From: Sphyrna mokarran
Lineage: Eukaryota
Direction: 5' to 3'
Length of the DNA stretch: 64,000 bases
Assembly (NCBI GenBank): GCA_024679065.1
Contig: JAGIQG010000010.1
Location: 57,722,001-57,786,000, forward strand
Each line of letters opens with the position of its first letter. Within the stretch, counting starts at the first letter, position 1. This document shows positions 10,797-24,231 of the stretch, in pieces. Made by a program: the position numbers and the translations under genes. The notes under the pieces were generated by a model that did not search any database, was not told where the DNA came from, and was given only the letters and a program-made list of their open reading frames with translations.

Positions 10797-11699
10797 AGAA
10801 TCAGGCCATCATTGCTTTCACTGTACAAACCTATTCAACATAACAAAACTGTTTGGTACCTATTTCAACATCCTGATAAACTGAGTTTGATTATATATTC
10901 TACCACACAAAAAAAATGACCTACTTTTACTCTGATTTTTTTTTTGAAAATCTCCTTATGGACCAGGAAGAGCAGAAGTGTTTCTTCTGGTTGGACAATA
11001 ACACCTTACACCATCACTGCACCATTCTGTTCTTCTAACCTCCTCCAGCTATGAATAGCCGAGACCACCACATACTTACCACCACATACTTCCAACCAGG
11101 GATCATTTTCATCAGTCTCTATTGGTGTCTGACAATGGCTCAAATTCCCACTCCCACTCATTGGCCATGCTGAGTGATGGAAAACATAATGCTGCTTTAT
11201 TTTGTCTGATGTATCTTCAATCAGTGAAGTGCTAAAATGCAAACTAAAATATTCCCTGAAGCAAAAGATTGCCCATCTGATACTTTAAACATATACTACT
11301 CAAATTCAGTATCTGTTCTGTTTTCCACATTTCTCTCATATCACTGTGCCCCAGCTTTCACTATGCATGTTTCATACATACATGGTTAATTTCCACAGCC
11401 AGAATATTAAGCAGAGATTGGGAAGTAAATGGTCACTTCATGCTGTGTCTGTGTCTAAGAAGAGGGTTAAGTATATCCAATTTAGTCACTGCAAAAATTC
11501 TCTGTTCAATTGTCAAATTCAGAGAAGATGGGAAATGCATGGGTAAATTAGTGAGAGTTGCTGGGAATTGCTCTCTCCTGAATTAACTGATTATTCTCCA
11601 GAACACTGCACAGTGTCTGAATGTATTGATTGAGACCACCCTGGAGGGTAGTGAATCACAATGGAATACAGTATAAAGAGCTTGTCTATTTACAGCATA

Positions 11700-13325
11700 A
11701 CAGATGGGAATTAAAGAAACTTTGATCTCCTCTAGTCATCTTGGACAAAGGGGATTTAAAGAGACTGTACTCCTTTTATCTAATGAGTCTGTGAGTCCGT
11801 TTTGCTTGTTCTGAAAATCTGGTTAACCAGTCAGAGCAGCGGGAGCTATTGCTTTAGATACATTAGTGATGGATAAGGTTTAAGAAATGATGATCAGGGA
11901 AAAAAGCTAACAGGCACTTAGAGAGATTTGAGTTAATTAGGGAAAGCCAGCATGGATTTGTAAATGGAAGATCATGTTTGGCTAATCTAATTGAAGTTTT
12001 TGATTAAGTAACAGAGGAAGTTAATGAAGGGAATGCAATGGACAGTGCCTATATGGATTTTTAAGAAAGTGCCAAAGTGTCAAATAAATAGCTGGTTAAC
12101 ACAATCAAGGCTTGTGGAATACAAGTGTTAGTGTCAGCTTGGATAAACGGATGGGGGACAGAACTGAGCCAAGGTAAATGTTTTTCTCCTGAAACAGGAG
12201 GCTGGTTGACAGTAGTGTTCACTGCCAGGATCATTGCTTTATACGTATCCATATACAGGTGTGTGTGACTTGGATTTTGGAATGCAAAGCAAAATTTGTT
12301 GATGGCGCCAAACTCAGGAGTATGTCAAATAGTGAGGGTGATACCAATCAATAGGATGAAGGCAAGCTCGCAGAGTGGACAGATAAATAGCAGATAGATT
12401 TTAATACTGAGAAATGTGAGGATAGGTGTTTTGGCAGAAAGGATAGCGAAATGCAATATGTACTCAATGGCACAGTTTACACTTCTTAAGGACAGTTAGA
12501 CCTGGGGGTCCGTGTGCATTGATCAAGAGAGTGGTTAGCAAAGTAGAGGACATCTTGAGTTTCATAAATAGAAACACTGAGAAGAAAAGCGGGGGGTATT
12601 ATTCAGAACATTTATAAAGCTCTGACTGGGCTACAATTGCAACAGTTTGCCCAGCATAGTCAACACACTTAATTCAGCAGCCTTGAGAGGGTGCAGAGGA
12701 AATTTATGAGAATTATTCCGAGGATTAATTTAACTTTAATGTACTGTTGGGAGAATCTAGGATTATTCTTCTTGGAGTAAAGAAGGGAGCTTTAATAGTG
12801 GCGTACAAGATAATGACAGATTTAGATAAGATAGCTAAAGAAAAGTTGTTTCAATTAGCAAATGGTATAAGTATAATGGGACACAGATTTAAGATTTTGG
12901 GCAATAGATATAGGTGGGACAAAAGGAAGAACCTTCTTTACACAGGTAATGGGCTGGGACCTTCTGCTTGTGATTGTGATGTGGAGTTGCTGGCGTTGAA
13001 CTGGGCTGGGCACAGTAAGAAATCTCACAACACCAGGTTAAAGTCCAATAGGTGTATTGGGTAGCACAAGCTTTCAGAAAGGTCCTTCGTCAGATGAGTC
13101 ACCTGCTGAAGGAGCAGTGCTCTGAAAGTTCAAGCTACCAAACACATCTGTTGGACTTTAACCTGGTGTTGTAAGTGATTTGTGGAAAGGGAAATAATTA
13201 ATGATTTCTAAACAATACTGGATAGGAGCTTGGAGGGATGAAACTTGCAAGGCAACAGAATTGAGTGAGGAAATGGGACTGACTGGATTATTCTGCTGAG
13301 AGTCAGTATGGACTCAATGGGCAGA
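11700..13325 (+). mobile_element. CR1 LINE ORF2 (RT) and 3' end, decayed
   Basis: SQHGFVNGRSCLANLIEVFD*VT..EGNAMD.AYMDF; degenerate KFADDTKL at ~12295; LERVQRKF; RGHRFK-like motif; CR1 3' UTR. Confidence 0.9.
12977..13174. mobile_element. Second fold-back hammerhead element, inserted in CR1
   Basis: Inverted arms ACAACACCAGGTTAAAGTCCAA / TTGGACTTTAACCTGGTGTTGT; minus-strand core CUGACGA-AGGACCUUUCU-GAAA-GCUUGUG at ~13062-13093; flanks GTGATT(T)GTG. Confidence 0.85.
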
Positions 13326-14115
13326 ATCTTACAACTAACTGTTCATACCGATGGGATTTTTCCATCCAGCTGCAATGAATGGAGATCTGGTTGGCCTCAA
13401 GACAGCAGGAGTGAATGGGTTGCACAATTGCATCCAATAGATCCAATCAGTAGCGTCCTCCTGTGTTGTAGTGACTTTATACAGTCACCCAAAGCACGGA
13501 AAAGAACCACTAATCTAGTTTTGACCATAAGAAAAATACTATTAGCTGTTGGTATGAATGATTCCAGTGTTTCCTATCTGTACATTTGCAGACCATTGAG
13601 CCTATCCAAAACCTATAATTAGATGAAGAAAGGTTCAAATGTCTTCTTTAAAATTTCACTGTTCCCTATTCAGACATCCTCTGTGTGCATCCTCACCAAA
13701 TTCTTCTGAAACATCCTGCTCCACACAAATGCTACCACAATATCACCTCCATTCGTTATCACCGAAGTGCAAACCCACCACCCCAATATTACCATCAAAC
13801 AAATCCCCTGCATTGTTACCTATCAATCCCCACACTTCCATTGAAATCACCAGAGTAACTGACACTTGTTTCCTGGCTTGAGTCATCTATCCACTATCAG
13901 TTCTGCTGTATTTTAGATGACTTCCCACACACATTTAATCCTTACTTCCTCCCCAAAAGCTTCTTTGATTCATCTTTTGTCCCCTGGCTCCAGTACTTCA
14001 TCTTCCACATTGCCTCCTTCTTGAAACTCTGGCCACTAGTCACCCATAGTTAGTAAGACATCATTTCTCCTAGAACTTATGCGTCAACATGAGCAATGTC
14101 ACAGGAGCAATAGCA

Positions 14116-14260
14116 TGTGGGGAATATCCTTGCCCCATCCACCACAACTATCGCAGTGGGTGGGATGAGCGGGGGGAAGGTGGACTATGCAAAGATCCGT
14201 TGGTTGACCTTGGGTGGGATTTTCTGGTTGTGGGGCGAGCGCAGCAGAAAACCCCACCCA
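14116..14260. mobile_element. Harbinger-like MITE (reverse copy of the 1101 family)
   Basis: GCAAAGATCC..TTGACCT..GGGATTTTCTGG..GAAAACCCCACCC is the reverse complement of the family core. Confidence 0.65.
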
Positions 14261-14431
14261 AAAAAGTATGTTTGAGTTTATCTCTTACAAACTTGTCCAT
14301 TATGTATTCTTATTTATAAAGGAATTATGCTTCTGCACACAGTAATTACACTGTACCACCAATGATGGGCTGTAACACCATAACTACTGGAATGTCATAA
14401 TTGAACATGACAATTTTACATGAACAATTGC

Positions 14432-15998
14432 CTTTGCAGATGACACCAAGATTAGTGGCAGAGCGGATAGTGAAGATGGTTATCTAGGATTACAATGGAA
14501 TCTTGATCAATTGGGCTAGTGGGCTGATGAATGGCAGATGGAGTTTAATTTAGATAAAGCAAGGTGATGCATTTTAGTAGATCGAACCAGGGCGGGACTT
14601 ACTCAGTTAATGGTAGGATGTGTAGAGAGTTACAGAATAAAGAGATCTAGGGTACAGGTTCATAGTTCTTCGAAAGTGAAGTCACAGGTGGACAGAGTGA
14701 TGAAGAAGGAATTTGGCATGCTTGGTTTCATTGGTCAGAATGTCCTGAATGCAGGAGTTGCGCATCTTGTTGAAGTTATATAAGACATGGGTGAGGCCCT
14801 ACTTGAAATATGAGAGTTTCAAGTTTTTAGGTGTCCAGATCACCAACAACCTGTCTTGGTCCCCTTTTGCCAACACCATAGTCAAAAAAGCCCACCAATC
14901 GCTCTACTTTTCCAGAAGACTATGGAAATTTGGCATGGCAGCTACAACTCTCACCAACTTTTACAGATGCACCAGAGGAAGCATTCTATCTGATTGTATC
15001 ACAGCTTGGTATGGCTCCTGCTCTGCCCAAGACCACAAAGAATTACAAAAGGTTATGAATGTAGCCCAAACCATCATGCAAACCAGCCTCCGAGCCTTTA
15101 ACTTTGTCTACACTTCCCGCTGCCTCAGCAAAGCAGCCAGTATAATCAAGGACCCAGTGCACCACAGACATTTTCTCTTCCACCTTCTTCCATTGGGAAA
15201 AAGATACAAAAGTCTGAGGTCATGTACCAATTGACTCAAGAATAGTTTCTTCCCTGCTGCTGTCAGACTTTTGAATGGACTTACTTTGCATTAAGTTCAT
15301 CCTTCTCGACACCCTAGCTATGACTGCAACACTACATTCCGCACTCTCTTGTTTCTTTCTCTATGAACGATATGTTTTGCCTGTATAGCGCACAAGAAAC
15401 AATACTTTTTACTGTATATTAATATATGTGACAATAATAAATCAAATTAAAAAAAATACTGTTTGTAGTACTGGTCACCCTATTATAGAAATGATATTAT
15501 TGAATTCAAAAAAATGCAAAAAAAATTCACTCGGATGCTACCAGGGTTTTATGGTTTGAGTTATGAGGAGAGACTGGACAAGTAGGACTCCTTTTCCTTG
15601 GCGTGTAGAATACTTAGGGGTGATCTTTTAAAAATCTATAAAATAATGAGAGGCATTAATAAGATAGATAGTCAACATCTTTTCACAAAGGTAGGAGAGT
15701 CTAAAACTCAAGGACATTGGTTTAAGGTGAGAGGGGAGCAATACTAAATGGTCCAGAGGGGAAACTTTCTCGAACACAGAGCATCTGGAGCAAGCTGCCA
15801 AAGATAATAGTAGAGGTGGGTATAATTTTGTCTTTTAAAAAGCATTTAAACAATTACATGGGTAAGATGGGTATAGAGGAATATGGGCCAAACATGGGCA
15901 GTTGAGACCACCTAGCTTAGTGGTTTTAAAAAAAAAGACAACATGAACAAGCTGGGCTTAAGGGCCTGTTTGCATGCTGTAAATCTCTATAACTCTTT
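14432..15998 (+). mobile_element. CR1 LINE 3' portion interrupted by Rex1
   Basis: FADDTKI at 14434; LKLYKTWVRPYL at ~14770; resumes at 15454 with (Y)C..WSPYYR; 3' UTR GGGCCTGTTTGCATGCTGTAAATCTCTAT. Confidence 0.9.
14811..15453 (+). mobile_element. Rex1/Babar-clade LINE, 5'-truncated
   Basis: ESFKFLGVQITNNLSWS..KKAHQSLYF.RRL.KFGM..TLTNFYRCT..SILS.CITAWYGSC..LLP.GKRY; 3' end TGTGACAATAATAAATCAAAT plus A-tract; probable TSD AAATA. Confidence 0.9.
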
Positions 15999-16224
15999 AT
16001 AATTGGTCATAACATTTTACATTGGCTCTATATGTACATATATAAATAAAAGGAATGAAGCCAGAATGGATAACCTTACACATGGAAACTGAATTACATT
16101 GTGCACCCAATTATTATTATCCCTTCCCCTTGTATCTTACTTACTTCAAAAAAATAGATTTTGCCTTTGCTCACTGCAATGGTCCAGCTGTTTGTTTATT
16201 GGTTAAAACTCTATCAAGACTGTA

Positions 16225-16475
16225 AATATAATTGCAATGGGACTCAAGCGAAAGTAGCACAATTGGAGTTTCTCATCAGCCATGAAAAACTTAATGTTAT
16301 TATAGGAACTGAATCCAAATTTGACAAATATATTCACACTGTGAAAATATTTCCAGACAGTTTCAATGTAGATCATAAAGATAGATCTACGAAAGATAGA
16401 AGAGTCTTTATCACAGTCAAGAACTCAATTCCCAGTCTCACAAGACATGATTTGTCCTCAACCTTGAGTATCGAG
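16225..16475 (+). mobile_element. LINE APE endonuclease N-terminal remnant
   Basis: NCNG..AKVAQLEFLI..VIIGTESK....IFPDSFNV..KDR....VFITVK matches APE-domain motifs. Confidence 0.7.
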
Positions 16476-17256
16476 TAGCCACTTGGGACCCATATATTGC
16501 TAAAAACATTACCCTCCTTGAGAAAGTTCAATGCCAGGTAGCTCGCTTTATTATAAACAATTCCTCATGAGATACTAGTGTCTCCCGGTTGGTCACATCG
16601 CTAGGCTGGCACAATCTCCAGAATTGAAGAAAAGCCCCGAGGTTGACATGCCTCCATAAAATTTTGAATGAACAATGAAATATTTCTAAGCAGTAGGGAA
16701 AGCTCAAGAATGACCTAACCCGCAAGGTTTATTACCAATCTCCCCATCTCTATACATCCCAAAGTATCTTTTTTGCTCATTCCTTTTTCCCCAAGAAAAT
16801 TAAGGACTGCCACAACCTTATTTTCCAGGCCCTCTAAGGACTAATTTAAGGAAGACTTGTTGCACATTTTAAATTTAATGTGACCATTGATTGCGCTCAT
16901 TGTGAACTTCCTGTGAAAATTCCCTGGTGGAAGATTATGGAGGGAAACCTTACCAAATCCCAAGAATTGCCAAGAACAGCTTGCTTTCATACATGATAGC
17001 CAGCAGACCATTACTTCATTAAAATATCGCATGGAGAGGACCAATCACATTCATCCTGATGCTTTCCATTTGTTACAAAATAGCTTTTTCTAGAGACTGG
17101 TAACTTTGAATTTTTTTAATTGGAAATGCAATGCAACTTTCTTTCAACAAAAAGTGAAAATCTAATTTGTAGCTTTAGGTCAAAATGAAGTTCAAAAGAT
17201 ACTTAAGTATCAAGCTTGTGTCACAGACAGCCTTGGTGCTTAATATGATAACAAGT

Positions 17257-17458
17257 GGGCCGGGAGGTTTTGGTTGTTCACACAGACGGATTCTTCTGGT
17301 CCTGTTGATGGTGTAGTCCATCATGGGTTTCCTGACAGAATTGAGTGGAGTTGATGGGAAATCCCTCTGACAACAGCGGGACCAGAAAATCCCACCGCTA
17401 GTCAGTAGTGCACGACCTCTCGCCACAAGAAACATACTGTGGGGAAGCCAGAGAATTG
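17257..17458. mobile_element. Palindromic Harbinger-like MITE
   Basis: Internal inverted repeat TTCTGGTCCTGTTG / CAGCGGGACCAGAA; ends GGGCCGGGA..CAGAGAATTG. Confidence 0.55.
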
Positions 17459-20400
17459 TTAATGTTACTTGAAGGCTTCTGGGAATGTCTAGCTAGATGG
17501 TAACACCTGGGCACCAAAAAGGTGGAGTAATTCTTGAGGCAGGTCTGTTGTCTTCTTTCAAAAAAATTATTTAACTCGCGTTTTATTTACAATATCAACA
17601 CAATAAGAAAGACTTGTTCCAGCAAGGCAGAACAAAAGTGACATACAAAGCTTAGGAATGCTGAAACAAAGAATGTGACCACATTTCTGTTTTGTACCAA
17701 CAGAACAAGAAAGCACAAAAAAGAGCCAGCACCGGCTACGAGCGCAGCTTATTATTTATTGTGTAGAAGCAGTTTGCTGCTGACTGAGTTATCCCTGCTG
17801 ACCATTTAAAATCACATTTATCAATAAAAATAAATTACAGTCTGACACCAGCGGATACAGCATTCATTCCTTTTTTTGCTAATTAATCTGAGAGGAGGGT
17901 AGACTTTGATCAGTCCTCTCTGTAGTGTGAATTTTGTCTCAAATGGGATTTTCAGAATTAAAATTCATTAGGTTCATCAACTTCAACTCAATACTGTATG
18001 CCTCAATTCAAATGGAGTTTCAATGATACAACTGATAAGAGTTGTAGGCTTTTGAGATATTTCTCTTTTGCAGGGAAACAACTGGATGTTATTGAATGTT
18101 TTGTTTTATTGGTATAAATGCAGGCATTCGACTGGGGAGACTTGTTACTGGTATAAGTGAAGAGGAGCATTTTATTCAAAGCAGAACTACATGAAGTAGC
18201 AAAATAAATGTGAGAAAATGGAGGATTGTAATTGAATGAAATTCCTTGAATGAAGAAGTAATCATAGCTCAAATACAAATATATCTTAGGTGAGTTACAA
18301 TACATATAATATAGACACATCAACCGTATGTATTCTGTTTTTATATTTTGATGAGTTTTTGGTGATACCTGGAAAAATAAATGTGCATTTGAAAAGCATT
18401 TTGGTGCAGACTGCTTGTTGAGTATTACCAAGGAGCATGCTTGGGGCAGGCATTATCGTGCTGCTATTTAGTATCATAATATGAGTTTGCTATTGAAAAG
18501 GATGGAATGATAATATGAGTGACTGCAAGGCACTTTAGGTTCAATCTTACTTCAGAGTGGTTTGTGAAGTAAGTTTTGTTTGTTGCTTATGAGATAGCAG
18601 TGATTTGGTTTTTTTTCGTGTGGTATTCCAGAATGTTTTAGAATTATGATGATTCATTTAGTTTTCATAGATTCTAGCTTTCAGTTGCTAGCAATGTAAG
18701 TGAGTGAGCACACAATTATTTGCCTGATTTGTCTTCTGAAACTCCAAGTGACAAATGGAAAATTGGTTCTGATTGTATAATTTATAAGGATTAAGTTGTG
18801 TAATTAATGGTCGAAGGAGCATGTACCAAGCAAGTATTTGTCTGGGCCAAGTGCATTTCATGCCATTTCTTGTTCAAATACATAACTATGTGCTGCATAG
18901 CTTGCTTTAAAAATTTGCGTTCTCCTCCTTTCTTCCTTCAATGGGAGCCTATTTTCAAAGCACAATAAGGGTCGTTAGCTATTATGCCAGTTATTTTTCT
19001 CCCCATTAAACCCATTCATGTTGTATTTGAATTGTCAATGTCCTGTCACTGACTTTGAAACCTTAGTGAAATAAATTTCAGCATGAATGCATTTATGTCC
19101 TGGGAAATCCAGTTTAAGTGCTCAGAGGAAAAAATAATCGAGGCTTCAGAGCAATTTGAAAATTTGGCCAATCTTTCATCTCAACAATTGTCGAGTGTGA
19201 ACATTAGGAATACTGTCCAACATCATTATGCAAATACAGTAAATTTTTTTATTGCGCTATTCCTGAGACCCATACAAGAAGAATGCGTGAGGTGGATCAA
19301 CTTCTAAGGAATACACTATGTGGGTTTCCTATTGAAAGAGGACTTCTAAACAATATGTTACATGGTCATGGCATATCAGAGAGCCCTATAAAGGGGTTGG
19401 TTGTATTACCAGAGTTTTACGACACTAATTTCATTGCAATGTGAATAGAGCCATTCTCTTCTTTATCTTTTAAAAGTTGCAGTCTGTGCACTCAGCACCA
19501 TCCATCATTTTCTCGTCAGGAGGTCAGGGCATTACAGGCTTCTCGATGAAGTGCAATTAATGCTGTGCCATGGTCCAATGGCAAGGGCTGTGATACAGGT
19601 CGAGCTATTCAATCAGTGGCCTTTTTTTTGTTTTTTGCCTCAAGACAGAGTGTCACTACCGTATGACACAGCAGCCAACAACCTGGCTTGAGGAATTGCG
19701 GTCCTCAGCTAGCTGAGGTAAATCTGAGAGATAGGCATCCTCTTAGCACTCTGTCATTGAACAACAAGATTGGACACTCGAGGCATTCATTCTATTTTCT
19801 GCCTGCATTTGTGTAATCCACATAGACAGTTCATCATCATTTTGAATGGTATCCAAATCCAAATTGGCTGAATTTGGATTAATTGGAATGGTCCTGATTC
19901 ATTCCATTTAAATTCTTTGGATTCTCAATAATCTTGTGTCTGATATTGATAATGGTGGTTTTAGGCTTTATAAATAGTATTGTTGTTACTCCAAAAACTA
20001 CAGCTAATTTATAAGCTTGATCTGCATAAGACATTCAAGCATGCAGATTGATGAATTGCATATCCAATGTGTCAGTAACCTAAAGGCAATGTTTTTCAAA
20101 TGCAGCATTTTGACAGGAAGAATCTCAGACTTACAAACAATTTTCAGGAGTAAGAATGTGCCATTGCTTTAAGCTCTGAAATGAAAGTGCTGGAACTGTA
20201 ATATGTGCAAATGGTATTTTTTGACCTCCAGCAATGTTCTCAGTACATATCCACAAGACTTATTTTCAAAATGTATTTTTTCACCCCAAAAAGAAAACAA
20301 AGTAATGAAATACAAAAAAAGCACATGAAGGTAGAAATTCCATCTTAGGTGTGCAGCTCTGTAGTATTTTGTTACCCCTTGTTACAAGTTGGGTCAGAAA

Positions 20401-20695
20401 TCTAGATCTATAGGGATACCACAGGAATAACAGCACCTGACACTTCAACCAAGGGCATCTTGTATTTAAGGATTATATTCAGTCAAGATGTACTTTGTAT
20501 ATTAAGTACAGTGGCATTTATTTACTTGCCAATTGCAAGGATTTACTGGAGTCTCACGGGTTCTTTCCCTATTTCTGCACTATTATCAAATAAAACTTCA
20601 GAATCTGTCAGTAGTTACCAAAGGTTAACACTAATAGAATTGTCCCACCTCAAATAAACAAATATTTACTTTTTGAATCTCATCCTAAAAAGGTA

Positions 20696-21806
20696 GGGGG
20701 TGATTTTACCATACTTGTCTACGTGCTGGGCAGACTTGAAACTGGGAGAGTTCCAGATCCATCTTTTGGGCATGTTTTTTACCCCTCCACACCACCCAAT
20801 ACACATTCTGCCTGTAAAATTCTGACTGAGCCTGCTGCTTGCTACAGAAGCCTGTTGGTGAGGCGTAACACGGCCAAGAGCCTGCAGAGGGAGGTAGTAT
20901 GGGCCTCTGATCTGCACATGCACATTAGCAGTGGCAGGGCTCTGACAGACAAATAAAGAGCTATCAGACCATTGCTAATGCAGGCAGTCTGAAGCAGCTT
21001 CTCTCTGCAATCAAGGAGGCTTGTGGACTGAGATACAGTCGACTCCCTATCACCCAAACTAATTGTGGACCATCTCCTCCCCCACCTATCACAGCCCCAC
21101 TGCCCTCCCCACCACCAATCACTACAGAGTGGCAGTGGGCTTCCTCTCCCTCCCTCCTCCTCACTGATTGCTCCAGAGTAGCAAAGGGCTCCCCCTCCCT
21201 CCCACCACCGATTCCTCCAGGATGGCAGAAGGGCCCCTCCCCCATTAGCCCCACCCCCCCCACACTTGTTCCTTCCCATTAGCCCTTCCCCTATCTGCTC
21301 CCCCGTTGGCCCCCATTACCACTGGTCCATCCCCCATTAGATCCACCTCCACTGACCCTTTCCCCATTAGTCTCACCCTGATATTGGGCGGTGGGCATTG
21401 TCCAAGAGCCAGAATTGCATTGCCCAGGAGCACCCACCTTGCCCTTGGCATCCCCCGGGAGTCCTCAGTGGCCTCCGGCTCCACCAGCAAGGCCAAGTTA
21501 ATTGCTGCCCGCTCATGTCTATTCCTCACCGGGGAGAACCTTTTCCAGCAAGGTCATAAAGGAGGCAAGTCTGGACAATTGTGGCAGGCTCACTAATGAC
21601 ATATAAAAGTTTCTTTACATAAATTTCAATACATTAATCTGCCTGTCATCCATTTCCGGCAAGAGGCTGACCGCGCCAGAAATCTGGCACATGTAAAATG
21701 GCATCAGTGTTGAAAACTGGTGCCAATCACACTAATCACTTTATGCCCCACTTTCTGACCATGTCGCACCTGAAAACGGGTGTAATGCAATGGTAAAATC
21801 ACTTCC
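20696..21806. mobile_element. Harbinger-like TIR element with C-rich interior
   Basis: TIRs GGGGTGATTTTACCAT / ATGGTAAAATCACTTC; CCCCATTAG repeats inside. Confidence 0.75.
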
Positions 21807-21809
21807 ATA

Positions 21810-21995
21810 ATCTTGGGATGTGAGAGTTGCTGGGAAAGCCAGTGGTTTATCCCATCCATAGTTGCTTTTGAAAAGATGGTGGGAGCTTTCTTCCTGAACT
21901 GCTGCAGTCCATATGGTGAAGATGTTGTCACAATTCTGTTAGGTAAGAAATTCTATGAGTTTGACCTAGCAATGATGAAGTTATAGCAATTTATC
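21810..21995 (-). mobile_element. L2/CR1-group LINE 3' end
   Basis: TGGGATGTG..GCCAG..CCCATCC..GGTGGGAGCT..TGAACTGCTGCAGTCCAT; same tail as the SINE at 24920. Confidence 0.65.
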
Positions 21996-22326
21996 CTCTG
22001 TAATCACATGAAGGACCCGGAGATGAAAATGGTTTGAATGTTTACTGGGTCAGGTAAACAGCAAGGGAGGTGCAAAACTTTGAATGAGAATGTAGGTTCC
22101 CTGCATGCTCTGGAGTGTTAATTCCGCTGTGTTATAACTTTTATTCTGACAGGTTGCCATTCAAAACTTAATCTGATTGACAGGCTTGACCTCTGATGGG
22201 GTTGGGAGCACTCCAGAGCAGACTGCATGTCTAGTGAGAATCAATTGTGAGATGGTGGGAATCTAATTTCACACTGGAGCGATGGGGGTTGGGGTATCAT
22301 ATTCTGCAGAGCAGAGATGTGGGGGA

Positions 22327-22738
22327 GGGCAGAATCTACCCTCCAGAGCCAGTTAAATTTATATTGGTGAGGGTGGGGGTGGGAGGGAGGATGTGATGGG
22401 GCAAGCTTCTCCTGGGAGGAGCTTCTTCTAACCTACAAGAGTGATGTAAAGACACTTTTCTTCTCCCTCACCTTGATTCAGCTGCCGGCTTTCCAATGCC
22501 CGTTCAACCACAAGAAAATCTGGAATGCAGGTTAAATCCGAGGCTGCCAGACTTATTAACATATTGAAAATGCCACCCGCCTCCTGGGAGCTGGTTGGCT
22601 TTTCATCTCTTATCCCTTTCAGTAGAAGCCAGACTTCAGCTGGTTGGAGCCAATTTTCTGACACCCTTGGAATTTTTCCCAATTTAACCGCCCACCCGTT
22701 CCCAATCCCATGCTTTCATCCATGTTAAAATTCCTCCA
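22327..22738. mobile_element. Harbinger-like TIR element
   Basis: Ends GGGCAGAATCTACC / GTTAAAATTCCTCC; motifs shared with other copies. Confidence 0.45.
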
Positions 22739-23966
22739 CTTTGCACCTGCTGCTCTTGTGCTTCTTAGTTGTTGGCTGTTCTAAGATGCCAGGCTGCACT
22801 GTTTCAGCTGGTTGATTTTGTCGGTATTATGTGCACAATGGAGGGGATCCCAAGTCTTTGGATAGTTATCAAACTGTGCCTAAGCTTTCTGAATTTAACT
22901 GAGTGAGCCATGCTCCTACAAAAGGGCATGTACTCCACACCATACAAACTGACAGCTCAGCTTGTGAATTTCTCAGTAAGTTAGGATGGAAATTTTTCAG
23001 AATATAAACTGGTACATTATGTGGCAGGCATACAGTTGACAAGAAACAAAGTTATTTAATCCTGGCATATTCTTTGTTAGTCATTTGAAGGAAAGTTCTC
23101 TAATTTGTATCATTACACTGTTAGGCTGGTTTCTGATATCTATACTTGCCAGCATACATTATAAAGATGATCTTTATCTGGATTATTTTATATCGACGAC
23201 AAGTTTGCCACAATGAGTATGAACCTTGTCTCTTGTGTGTCTGTATACACAGCCCAAGTGTCTGTATAACCTAAATAATACAAGCATTAGACAGAAATGA
23301 TCATGGTACAATGTAATAATTACACAGCTGGGTGTAATTCCACTCCAGAAAAGAACAGTTTGCCTCAATACAGATACAGAAAGGCAAATAATAACCTTAT
23401 GATCTGCATGAAAATAGGAGGAAATGTGTTGCGCTATCCAAATGAGCATGTTGCCAGCTCCACAGAGAGGCAGACAGATTCCTGAAATCAGTTCCATTTA
23501 ATGTACGAGGGACAAAGCACAAGTGAGATAATGAGTTACAGCCAAGTCTGCCATGCAGCAGCTGGAAGAGAATCTAAATTTAAAGGAATCTAAACATCAG
23601 CCAGTAGCTTATAACTAAAATATTGTAGCTTCATGTGACGTCCTCTTAAAGCACTATCAGAAATGGCTGAAGATAAAGTGAGAAATCAGTTACATGCTCG
23701 AGGACAACATCAGTGGAAAGAAGATTGTTTTAAGGTTGTGTTCACTGATTTGCACAACATTAATTTCCATTTGCAATTTCTCAAATAATGTAGGAGTCTG
23801 CACATTGGCCCTGCAGGGGATGTGCATAGCATGGCCAAAGAAATTATCAGTCTGGAAATCTTTCCACTGCACATGATGGCAGGTGGTAAAATGCAGGAGA
23901 GTTTATTGGTCAGCCATATTGCAGAAGGCAATCGCAAATCACTGCAGTACTACAGCGTTCAGAGAG

Positions 23967-24231
23967 TGTTGGTTGCAGAATGGTTTGTGGTAAAGGGGTC
24001 TTTGTGGTCTTCTTTGGGTTAACTATAAGTCTTTATTAACAACTACAGCTATTTGCACATGTACAGTAAAGGTTTAGGATAGATGTGATCTCCATGTTTA
24101 GATCTTTATACATCTCTGCTCAATACTACACTGACCTCTGAGTCGGGCCATGTGCCTTCATACATCAATATGTGGGTAATACTGCACTCAATTCCATTTT
24201 AACCCTGTATATGCCAGACATTTATATCACA
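23967..24231 (-). mobile_element. Probable solo LTR (Gypsy-type)
   Basis: TG...CA termini, AATAAA on the minus strand, 265 bp; no matching TSD seen. Confidence 0.5.

Noticed and set aside
18438-18485. Short hydrophobic ORF MLGAGIIVLLFSIII resembling a signal peptide
   Set aside because: Terminates after 15 codons without a good splice donor; at most a uORF
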